DNA of 64,000 bases from assembly GCA_018896875.1 (NCBI GenBank), contig JAHILT010000006.1:12605-76604 (forward strand), given 5' to 3'. The DNA comes from Patescibacteria group bacterium (GTDB taxonomy: Bacteria; Patescibacteriota; Minisyncoccia; UBA6257; 02-FULL-45-10c). The notes below the pieces were generated by a model. It was not told where the DNA came from. It worked only from the letters and a program-made list of their open reading frames with translations, and did no database searches. The position numbers were made by a program, and so were the translations under genes. Within the stretch, counting starts at the first letter, position 1. Every line of letters begins with the position of its first letter. Of the stretch, positions 24,738 through 32,513 are shown piece by piece.

Positions 24738-26036
24738 ATGGATATGAATATCTGGGAAATAGCGCCTAGCATAGGAAGATTTATTTCGGAGTTTTTAATA
24801 AGTAGCTGGTGGGTGATTATGCCTATCGGTTTGTTTTTTATTTTTATAAATTTTTGGTGTTGGGGATTAAGAGTTCTTTTTTTGCAAAAAATGGAATGGG
24901 TTTTTTTAGAAATTAGACTTCCAAGAAATATTTTAAAGACTCCGAAAGCGATGGAGAATATTTTTACTGGACTCCATAGTCTCTATTCTGGAGAGTTATC
25001 ATGGGAAGATATTTATTTAAAAGGAAAGGTTATGCCTTGGTATTCTTTTGAAATTGTTGGTTATGCCGGTGGTGTAAGTTTTTATGTTAGGGCGCCAGAA
25101 TTTACTAGAAATTTAGTTGAATCTGCGGTTTATTCTGAATATCCTGATGCAGAAATATCTTTGGCTGATGATTATATAAATTTTATGCCGAATGTTTTAC
25201 CTAATAATACTTATGATATTTGGGGCAATGACTATGTTTTATCTAAAGATAATCCGTATCCTATAAAAACTTATCCTTATTTTGAGTCTCCATCTGAAGA
25301 ACAAAGACTTGATCCTGTCTCTGCTATAACAGAAGTTATGTCCAAATTACACGAAGGAGAGGCTATTTGGCTTCAGTATCTTATGATGCCCGTCGGAGAA
25401 AAATGGAAAGAAGAAGGAGACGAGATAAGAGATAAAATGTATGCGAGAAAAAAACCGTCATCTCCTCCCAGCTTTTTAGGCGGACTTATTGATGGTCTCT
25501 TAGAGTTTTTTAAAAATTTATTAAAAGGAGTTATTGAAGAACCTATATGGGCAGATGAAAAAAAACAAAATGAAGATAAACTTCAAACACCGCATTTGTC
25601 CCCAGGAGAAAGGAATGTTTTGGAGGCTGTTGAAAATAAGGTTTCTAAATTTGGTTTTGAAACAGCCGTGAGGTTTGTTTATATTGATAAGGCAGATGAA
25701 TTTACACAACTTAATGTTTCTGCTATATCTGGCGCCTTTAAACAATTTGGCACTCAGGATATGAATAGTTTTAAAATTGTAAGCGATACCAAGACATTTG
25801 TTACTAGTTCTAAATTTACAACTAAGAGTTGGTTTAGAAAAAGCAAAGTACATGCAAGAAAAAGAGCTATCTATGACGCTTATAGATTAAGATCTATTCC
25901 TTCAAAAACTTCTATTTTATGTACAGAAGAATTAGCAACAATTTATCACTTCCCATTATCTAGCGTGGAAGCTCCGCTTTTGCGCAGATTAGAAACTAGA
26001 AAAGGAGAGCCTCCTGTTAGTTTACCAATTGCTTAA
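24738..26036 (+). CDS. Hypothetical membrane protein (2 N-terminal TM helices plus a large soluble domain), partner of the downstream ATPase
   Basis: Two hydrophobic helices at residues ~15-50. 17-nt gap to the next gene on the same strand. Confidence 0.5.
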   Translation: MDMNIWEIAPSIGRFISEFLISSWWVIMPIGLFFIFINFWCWGLRVLFLQKMEWVFLEIRLPRNILKTPKAMENIFTGLHSLYSGELSWEDIYLKGKVMPWYSFEIVGYAGGVSFYVRAPEFTRNLVESAVYSEYPDAEISLADDYINFMPNVLPNNTYDIWGNDYVLSKDNPYPIKTYPYFESPSEEQRLDPVSAITEVMSKLHEGEAIWLQYLMMPVGEKWKEEGDEIRDKMYARKKPSSPPSFLGGLIDGLLEFFKNLLKGVIEEPIWADEKKQNEDKLQTPHLSPGERNVLEAVENKVSKFGFETAVRFVYIDKADEFTQLNVSAISGAFKQFGTQDMNSFKIVSDTKTFVTSSKFTTKSWFRKSKVHARKRAIYDAYRLRSIPSKTSILCTEELATIYHFPLSSVEAPLLRRLETRKGEPPVSLPIA

Positions 26037-26053
26037 ATAACAATTTACTTACT

Positions 26054-27604
26054 ATGGATGATATAACAATATTTGGAAAAACAAATTTTAGAAACGAAGA
26101 AAAAAGATTTGGTATAAAAACTGACGATAGAAGACGCCATATGTACATCATAGGTAAAACGGGCGTAGGAAAATCAACGTTGTTAGAAAATATGATTGTG
26201 GCTGATATTAAGGCTGGGAAGGGCGTTGCTTTGGTTGATCCTCATGGAGAAACAGCTGAAAAAATACTTGATTTTATTCCAGAGGAAAGACTAAATGATG
26301 TCGTTTATTTTAATCCTCAGGATATTAATTTCCCTATTGCTTTTAATCCGTTGGAACAGGTAGGGATAGAATACAGATACTTAGTGGCTTCTGGCATTAT
26401 GGGTGTTTTCAAAAAAATATGGCCCGATGTTTGGTCTGCTAGAATGGAGTACATATTAAATAATTCTTTATTAGCGCTTTTAGAATATCCAGGTTCTACT
26501 TTATTAGGCATAATGAGACTTCTTTCGGACAAGGAGTATAGAAAAGTTATTGTTGATAATTTGCAAGATCCAGTGGTAAAAAGTTTTTGGACAAATGAAT
26601 TTGCTAAATATACCCAAAGATTAGAAAGTGAAGCTACTGCTGCTATTCAAAATAAAGTTGGGCAGTTTGTTACTAATCCGCTTATTAGAAATGTTTTAGG
26701 GCAATCTAAATCGTCTATAGATATGAAAAAAATGATGGATGAAGAGAAGATTTTAATTGCTAATCTTTCTAAGGGAAAAATAGGAGAAGATAATTCTAAT
26801 TTATTAGGAGCTATGCTTATTACTAAAATTCAGCTAGCCGCAATGTCTAGGGTTGATACACCAGAAAATCAAAGAAAAGATTTTTATCTTTATGTAGATG
26901 AATTTCAAAATTTTGCCACTGATTCTTTTGCCGCTATTTTATCTGAAGCTAGGAAGTATCATTTGTGTCTTATTATGGCTCATCAATATATTCGTCAACT
27001 AACAAACGGCGAAAATACAAAAGTTAGAGATGCTGTTTTTGGTAATGTTGGCACAATGATAGCTTTTAGGGTTGGGGCTGAAGATGGAGAGTTTTTAGAA
27101 AAAGAATATCAACCAGATTTTTTGGTAAATGATTTTGTTAATCTTCCTAAATATAATTTTTATACTAAGTTAATGATTGATGGTGTTGCTTCTAAACCAT
27201 TTTCTGCTAAATCTGTAGGGCCGTTAGAACAATCAGGAGAAAGTTTTAAGGATGTCGTTATAGAAAATAGCCGTAGAGTCTATAGTACTCCAAGAGAAGT
27301 TATAGAAAAGAAGATAGCATTAGAATGGTCAGTTGGAGGAAGAGAATTGGCACAAAATAAGTTAGGTAAAACAACAGAACGTCCTTTATCTGAAGTTTTA
27401 GAACAAACAGACAAATATAAAGGCAATTCCTTTGGACATAGAGAGCAAGAAAGAAGAACAGCTCCAAAACATTTTGATAGACCGGCTAAAAAAAAGGTAG
27501 ACATGGTTGATTTAAGAAAAGCGTTAAAACAAAGTTTGACTAAAGATTTTGGAGATCAAGAAAGTATTCCCGAAAGCCCTAAAAAAGATGAGAATATAAT
27601 ATAG
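26054..27604 (+). CDS. VirD4/TraD-like (FtsK-HerA superfamily) P-loop ATPase, soluble, orphan
   Basis: Walker A GKTGVGKST, Walker B FYLYVDEFQNF, ARKYHLCLIMAHQYIRQL (coupling-protein-like), basic/acidic C-terminal tail. Confidence 0.65.
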   Translation: MDDITIFGKTNFRNEEKRFGIKTDDRRRHMYIIGKTGVGKSTLLENMIVADIKAGKGVALVDPHGETAEKILDFIPEERLNDVVYFNPQDINFPIAFNPLEQVGIEYRYLVASGIMGVFKKIWPDVWSARMEYILNNSLLALLEYPGSTLLGIMRLLSDKEYRKVIVDNLQDPVVKSFWTNEFAKYTQRLESEATAAIQNKVGQFVTNPLIRNVLGQSKSSIDMKKMMDEEKILIANLSKGKIGEDNSNLLGAMLITKIQLAAMSRVDTPENQRKDFYLYVDEFQNFATDSFAAILSEARKYHLCLIMAHQYIRQLTNGENTKVRDAVFGNVGTMIAFRVGAEDGEFLEKEYQPDFLVNDFVNLPKYNFYTKLMIDGVASKPFSAKSVGPLEQSGESFKDVVIENSRRVYSTPREVIEKKIALEWSVGGRELAQNKLGKTTERPLSEVLEQTDKYKGNSFGHREQERRTAPKHFDRPAKKKVDMVDLRKALKQSLTKDFGDQESIPESPKKDENII

Positions 27605-27612
27605 TCTATTTC

Positions 27613-28185
27613 TTATTTCGCTTTCTCTACTCTTTCTACGTACTGTCCAGTGTCTGTATTTATCCTAATAATATCGTCGGTGTTTATAAATAAGGGGACA
27701 GCTACTTGTACTCCGGTTTCTAGTGTCGCCATTTTTGTTCCTCCTTGTGCGGTATTGCCACGTGTACCTGGGGGCGCGTCTTTGATTTTTACTTCAATTT
27801 TAATTGGAAGTTTTATAGACAAAATTTGTTCGTCTAATTTCATAGCTAGGACTTCACTATTAGATTTTATAAAATCAATACCGTTGCCAACTTTTTCCTT
27901 AGAAATTTCGAATCTATTTTTTGGATTTCCCTTTTCGCAGAACCAATATTGTCCTTTGTTGTTATATAAATATATAATTGGAACTTTGTCTACTTCGATT
28001 TCTTTAAGGTTCTCGTTTTGGTGAAAATTTCTTTCAATAACTTGTCCTGTTATTAAATTTTTTATCTTAGTTTTTGCTACAGGTTTTCTTTGTTGCATTC
28101 TTAAAAATTCGTATGCTAATACTTCATACGGAGTGCCGTCAACTTCAAAAAGAGTTCCTATTTTTAATTCATTATAACTAAGCAT
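27613..28185 (-). CDS. efp: Elongation factor P
   Basis: Three-domain EF-P pattern: GTLFEVDG..., TKIKNLITGQ, PPGTRGNTAQGGTKMATLETG. Confidence 0.9.
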   Translation of the reverse strand: MLSYNELKIGTLFEVDGTPYEVLAYEFLRMQQRKPVAKTKIKNLITGQVIERNFHQNENLKEIEVDKVPIIYLYNNKGQYWFCEKGNPKNRFEISKEKVGNGIDFIKSNSEVLAMKLDEQILSIKLPIKIEVKIKDAPPGTRGNTAQGGTKMATLETGVQVAVPLFINTDDIIRINTDTGQYVERVEKAK

Positions 28186-28313
28186 ATATTTGATTTTACG
28201 TTAGAAAAAGCATTTAGGCAAGAATAATTTGATTTATAATGGTAAGTATTTTATTATGATGTTAGTTATTTAAAAGACCTATAATATAAGAATATTCGGT
28301 CAAGGAGGATAAT

Positions 28314-28631
28314 ATGAATAATTTGAAAGAATTAAGATTTGGGGATCTTGAGGATATTATTTTGATTAAAAAAGTAGAAGTTCAATCGCTACAGAAAGAG
28401 CTTAATTCTTTGTTTAATCAAGAATGTGATTATGTTAAAAACTGCAGTTTTCGCAATGAAAAAACTGGTTGTAATCTTTGTATATTAAAAGATGAATGTA
28501 GAGAAGAATCTAGAAAGATATTTGCGAGAATAGATATTCTTGAGGAAAAAATAGCTGGGATGTTACGAAAATTAGAATCTTTGTTTTTTGAATTGTTTGT
28601 AAAACAACAAAAAGAATCCAAAGAATCTTAA
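28314..28631 (+). CDS. Hypothetical small Cys-rich/coiled-coil protein (SD-led orphan)
   Basis: SD AGGAGG at 28303-28308. Cys cluster CDYVKNC...CNLC...C. Has its own terminator. Confidence 0.5.
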   Translation: MNNLKELRFGDLEDIILIKKVEVQSLQKELNSLFNQECDYVKNCSFRNEKTGCNLCILKDECREESRKIFARIDILEEKIAGMLRKLESLFFELFVKQQKESKES

Positions 28632-28636
28632 AAACT

Positions 28637-28672
28637 GCCCCCTTACTCGCAATAGAGTAAGGGGGCTTTATT
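28637..28672 (+). terminator. Intrinsic terminator
   Basis: GCCCCCTTACTC-GCAATA-GAGTAAGGGGGC followed by TTTATT. Confidence 0.85.
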
Positions 28673-28703
28673 AAATGATAGATTATTAGTAATCTTTAAA
28701 CTT

Positions 28704-29897
28704 ATGGTAATTAAACAAAAAAAATCTAAGCTTAAGGTGTTTGTAGGAATGTCTGGAGGTGTCGATAGCTCAGTGGCAGCCGCTGTTCTAAAAAAGGACG
28801 GATACAGTGTAATTGGGGTACATTTGAAGTGTTTTAATTTAGATGGTTGCGCCGATAGAGACTTAGAAGACGCTCGTAGGGCAGCGGAGGTTTTGGGTAT
28901 TCCTTTTTATGTTTTTGATTTTGAAAAAGAATATAAAAAGAATGTTATGAAATATATGATTGATGGTTATAGAGATGGGATTACTCCTAATCCTGATGTG
29001 ATGTGTAATAAGGAAATAAAATTTGGATTGTTTTTAGACAAGGCATTAGAAATGGGAGCTGATTATGTAGCGACTGGGCACTATGTAGACTTGAAGCCAA
29101 ATTTCCAATTTCCAATTTCCAATTTCCAAAAAAAATCTAAATTCAAAGCTTTAAAAAACAGAAAACTCACTACCAGCTATTCATTGTTTATCGCTAAAGA
29201 TAAAAACAAAGATCAAAGTTATTTTCTTTGGACTTTGACTCAAAAACAATTGAAACATTGCTTGTTTCCTTTAGGAGATTTAAAAAAACCGGAAGTTAGA
29301 AAAATTGCTCAAAAGTTTAAATTGCTTAATGCTAATAAAAAAGATTCGCAGGGGATTTGTTTTTTGGGAAAAATTGGACTTGAAGATTTTCTTAAAAAAT
29401 ATATAAAATCAAAAAAAGGAAAAATTGTTGATACAGAAGGGAATGAGTTGGGCGAACATGATGGAGTTTATTATTATACGTTAGGACAAAGACATGGACT
29501 GCATTTATGTAAAACTGCTAAAACGCCAGACAATAAACCATACTATGTTGCCGATAAAATTTTGAAAACCAATAGAATAATAGTAGCTCAAGGGAAAAAT
29601 AATCCAGCTTTATTTAAAAAAGAAATTAATTTAATTAATGTCAGTTTAATTAATCCTGCATCCACCATATCCCTTATTCGCGCGAATGGGCGAATGAAGG
29701 TATTAGCTAGAGTTCGTTATAGACAACCGCTCTTTGGGGCTGAATTATTTATAACTAATGTTAAAAAGAATAATTATAAAATGGTTTTCGATAGTCCTCA
29801 AAAATTTATAGCCAAAGGACAGTCGGTTGTATTTTACGAAAGGAGCCCTTCGACAAGCTTAGGATTAAAAATGCTCGGCGGAGGAATTATTAATTAG
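28704..29897 (+). CDS. mnmA: tRNA-specific 2-thiouridylase MnmA, with several repeat-derived insertions
   Basis: PP-loop GMSGGVDSS, NPDVMCN, ATGHY, KDQSYFLW, DSQGICF. Confidence 0.9.
   Translation: MVIKQKKSKLKVFVGMSGGVDSSVAAAVLKKDGYSVIGVHLKCFNLDGCADRDLEDARRAAEVLGIPFYVFDFEKEYKKNVMKYMIDGYRDGITPNPDVMCNKEIKFGLFLDKALEMGADYVATGHYVDLKPNFQFPISNFQKKSKFKALKNRKLTTSYSLFIAKDKNKDQSYFLWTLTQKQLKHCLFPLGDLKKPEVRKIAQKFKLLNANKKDSQGICFLGKIGLEDFLKKYIKSKKGKIVDTEGNELGEHDGVYYYTLGQRHGLHLCKTAKTPDNKPYYVADKILKTNRIIVAQGKNNPALFKKEINLINVSLINPASTISLIRANGRMKVLARVRYRQPLFGAELFITNVKKNNYKMVFDSPQKFIAKGQSVVFYERSPSTSLGLKMLGGGIIN
29101..29128 (+). repeat. Heptanucleotide tandem repeat (ATTTCCA)x4 inside mnmA
   Basis: Counted directly. 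Translated as NFQFPISNFQ within an insertion after the ATGHY motif. Confidence 0.95.
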
Positions 29898-29900
29898 CTA

Positions 29901-29995
29901 TTAGCCACTAGGAGTTAGCCACTAGTGATTAATATTAAAAAATAAAAGGTTATTTTGGATTCGACTAGTCGCTAGTGGCTAGTCGCTAATCACTA
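29901..29995. repeat. Cluster of five CTAGT[C/G]GCTAA / TTAGCCACTAG motifs (two in one orientation, three in the other) around an AT-rich spacer
   Basis: TTAGCCACTAG at 29901 and 29915. CGACTAGTCGCTAGTGGCTAGTCGCTAATCACTA at 29962-29995. Confidence 0.9.
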
Positions 29996-29999
29996 AATT

Positions 30000-30983
30000 A
30001 TGAAAGGATTCTGGAAAAAAATATCGGAGAAGGCAAAAAAGGAAAAGCGTCCTATTACGGCTTCTGCTTCTATGTCTAATGTTACCGATGCAGCTTTTAG
30101 GCGAATGATTGCGAAACATGGAAAACCAGATGTTATTTGGACAGAATTTGTTTCTTGTGATGGGTTGTGTTCTAGAGGTAGGGATAAATTAATGCAAGAT
30201 CTTATTTTTGATAAGGCAGAACATCCAATCGTTGTACAATTTTTTGGTTCTAAACCGGAAAATTTTTATAAATGCGCTTTGTTGGCGCAAGAGTTAGGTT
30301 TTGATGGAATTGATATAAATATGGGGTGTCCAGATAGAGCGATTTTAAAACAAGGAGCTGGAGCGAGTTTGATAAAAAATCCTAGGTTAGCAAGGAGGAT
30401 AATAAAAGAAACCATACGTGGGGCTGGCAAACTCCCGGTATCAGTTAAAACACGTATTGGTTTTAATGAAATAGAAATTAAAAAATGGTTACCACAACTT
30501 TTAAATGTTGGTTTATCGGCCATTACGATTCATGGGCGAACAAAAAAAGAAATGTCTAAAGTATTAACTCATTGGGATGTTATTGCCGAAGCAGTGAAGA
30601 TAAGAGATAAAAAACAAGCTAAAAACCGTGTATTAATTTTAGGCAATGGAGATATAGAGAGCTTAAGTGAAGCGCAAGAAAAATATGAAAAATACGGAGT
30701 GGATGGAATAATGGTGGGAAGGGGACTTTTTGGCAATCCATGGTTTTTTAATTCAAAAACAAAGGGAATAACATTAAAAAGAAAATTAAAAGCAGTCTTG
30801 GAACATACAAAACTTTTTGAAAAGATTTTTGGAGATAATAAACATTTTGATGTTATAAAAAAACACTACAAATCTTATGTCTCAGGATTTGATGACGCCA
30901 AAAAAATACGTATTAAATTAATGACAGTTAAAAATATAATAGAGGCTAAAAAGTTATTGGAAAAATATATAAAAAAACTATAA
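30000..30983 (+). CDS. dus: tRNA-dihydrouridine synthase
   Basis: Dus pattern: ASMSNVTDAAFR, DINMGCP, VSVKTRIG, ITIHGRT. Confidence 0.85.
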   Translation: MKGFWKKISEKAKKEKRPITASASMSNVTDAAFRRMIAKHGKPDVIWTEFVSCDGLCSRGRDKLMQDLIFDKAEHPIVVQFFGSKPENFYKCALLAQELGFDGIDINMGCPDRAILKQGAGASLIKNPRLARRIIKETIRGAGKLPVSVKTRIGFNEIEIKKWLPQLLNVGLSAITIHGRTKKEMSKVLTHWDVIAEAVKIRDKKQAKNRVLILGNGDIESLSEAQEKYEKYGVDGIMVGRGLFGNPWFFNSKTKGITLKRKLKAVLEHTKLFEKIFGDNKHFDVIKKHYKSYVSGFDDAKKIRIKLMTVKNIIEAKKLLEKYIKKL

Positions 30984-31958
30984 ACTTTTTTTATCGGAAA
31001 TCTTATTAAGAAGTTTCTTTATATTTTCTACGCTATCAAAATCATAAATTGAAACGGGATAGATTCTTGTTTTTGGAATTTTTAATTTTTTGGAAAAATC
31101 AGAAATTTTTCTTTTAATGTCTTTTGGCTGCAAGGTATCGGTTTTACTAATAATCAAGTATTCCTTCTTTTTTAAAAGTTTTTTATTATATTTTTCTAAT
31201 TCTTTGCGGATATTTTTGTAATCAGTAATAGGAGTTTTGGATTCCGAGGAAATAAAATGGAATAAGATTTCCGTTCTTTCTATATGTCTTAAAAATTTTA
31301 TACCCAAACCTTTGCCTTTAGCAGCGCCCTTAATAAGTCCAGGAATATCGGCAAGAATAATATCATAATAGACCCCAAGGTTTGGTTCTAGTGTAGTAAA
31401 TGGATAGTTTGCTACCTTGGTTCTAGCATTAGTAATTTCATTAAGAAGACTAGACTTTCCTATATTAGGCAATCCTATAAATCCAATATCCGCTATTAAT
31501 TTTAATTCTAATCTTAAATCAAATGATTGCCCTGACCTTCCTACTTCAAATTCTTCAGGGCTAGTATTGGTAGCTGATTTAAAATGAAAATTTCCTCTTC
31601 CTCCTCTTCCTCCTCTGGCTACTAAAATCTTTTCGTTAATTTTAGTTATTTCTGTCTCTTGTCCTGTGCTTAAATTATGTATGATTGTGCCGACAGGAAT
31701 TTTAAGTGTTAAGCTTTCTCCGTCTTGTCCGTCATTGTATTGTGGTCGGCCATCCTTACCGCTAATAGCTTTTATTATTTTTTTATACCTAAATTGACTT
31801 AGGGCTCCTAGGTTTGATATGCCTATGAAATAAATATCTCCGCCACGACCACCGCTTGCGCCAGCTGGTCCTAAGGCTAATTTATTTTTATCAAAAGCTA
31901 CGGCTCCTGTACCTCCGTTTCCTGCGATAGCTTTAATTTTTACTTCATCTATAAGCAT
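30978..31958 (-). CDS. obg: GTPase Obg
   Basis: Obg fold GNGGTGAVAF...GGRGGD. G1 GLPNIGKSS, G3 DIPG, G4 SKTD-like. Confidence 0.9.
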   Translation of the reverse strand: MLIDEVKIKAIAGNGGTGAVAFDKNKLALGPAGASGGRGGDIYFIGISNLGALSQFRYKKIIKAISGKDGRPQYNDGQDGESLTLKIPVGTIIHNLSTGQETEITKINEKILVARGGRGGRGNFHFKSATNTSPEEFEVGRSGQSFDLRLELKLIADIGFIGLPNIGKSSLLNEITNARTKVANYPFTTLEPNLGVYYDIILADIPGLIKGAAKGKGLGIKFLRHIERTEILFHFISSESKTPITDYKNIRKELEKYNKKLLKKKEYLIISKTDTLQPKDIKRKISDFSKKLKIPKTRIYPVSIYDFDSVENIKKLLNKISDKKSL

Positions 31959-32093
31959 GCCAAATTTGCTTTATTTATTGTTATATAGTATCATTTTTTT
32001 TGTAGGTTCTCAATTGATCTCGTTCTGTCATTTATTTGATGTAAGAAGAGTACAAGATGAGTGGTCGTCCTATAGTATAAATAAATCAAATTA

Positions 32094-32429
32094 ATGGCTA
32101 AAAAATTATATATTGGCGGTTTGCCTTACAGCACCACGAATGAAGAATTAAAAGAATTCTTTGGTGAAGCTGGTACAGTTTCTTCAGCAAACGTCATAAT
32201 TGATAAAATGTCAGGTAGGTCCAGAGGATTTGGTTTCGTAGAAATGGAGAATGACGCCGACGCTGAAAAAGCGGTTGAAATGTTCAACGAAAAAGAACTA
32301 GGTGGCAGAAGAATCATTGTAAACGAAGCTCGTCCAATGGAAGATCGCCCAAAAAGAACAGGCGGTGGTGGTGGTGGCTACAATAGAGGAGGTGGAGATA
32401 GAGGTGGCTACAACAATAGAAACTTCTAG
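32094..32429 (+). CDS. RRM-type RNA-binding protein with a Gly/Arg-rich tail
   Basis: RNP-2 KLYIGGL and RNP-1 RGFGFVEM. C-terminal GGGGGYNRGGGDRGGY. Confidence 0.85.
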   Translation: MAKKLYIGGLPYSTTNEELKEFFGEAGTVSSANVIIDKMSGRSRGFGFVEMENDADAEKAVEMFNEKELGGRRIIVNEARPMEDRPKRTGGGGGGYNRGGGDRGGYNNRNF

Positions 32430-32435
32430 TTCTAT

Positions 32436-32467
32436 AAAAAAACCGTCTTTTTATAAGGCGGTTTTTT
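32436..32467 (+). terminator. Intrinsic terminator
   Basis: AAAAAACCGTCTT...AAGGCGGTTTTTT, imperfect 13-bp stem plus a T-run. Confidence 0.75.
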
Positions 32468-32513
32468 GTTTGTTAACTATCAATTTATCAATCGCTAATT
32501 TATACTATTGTTT

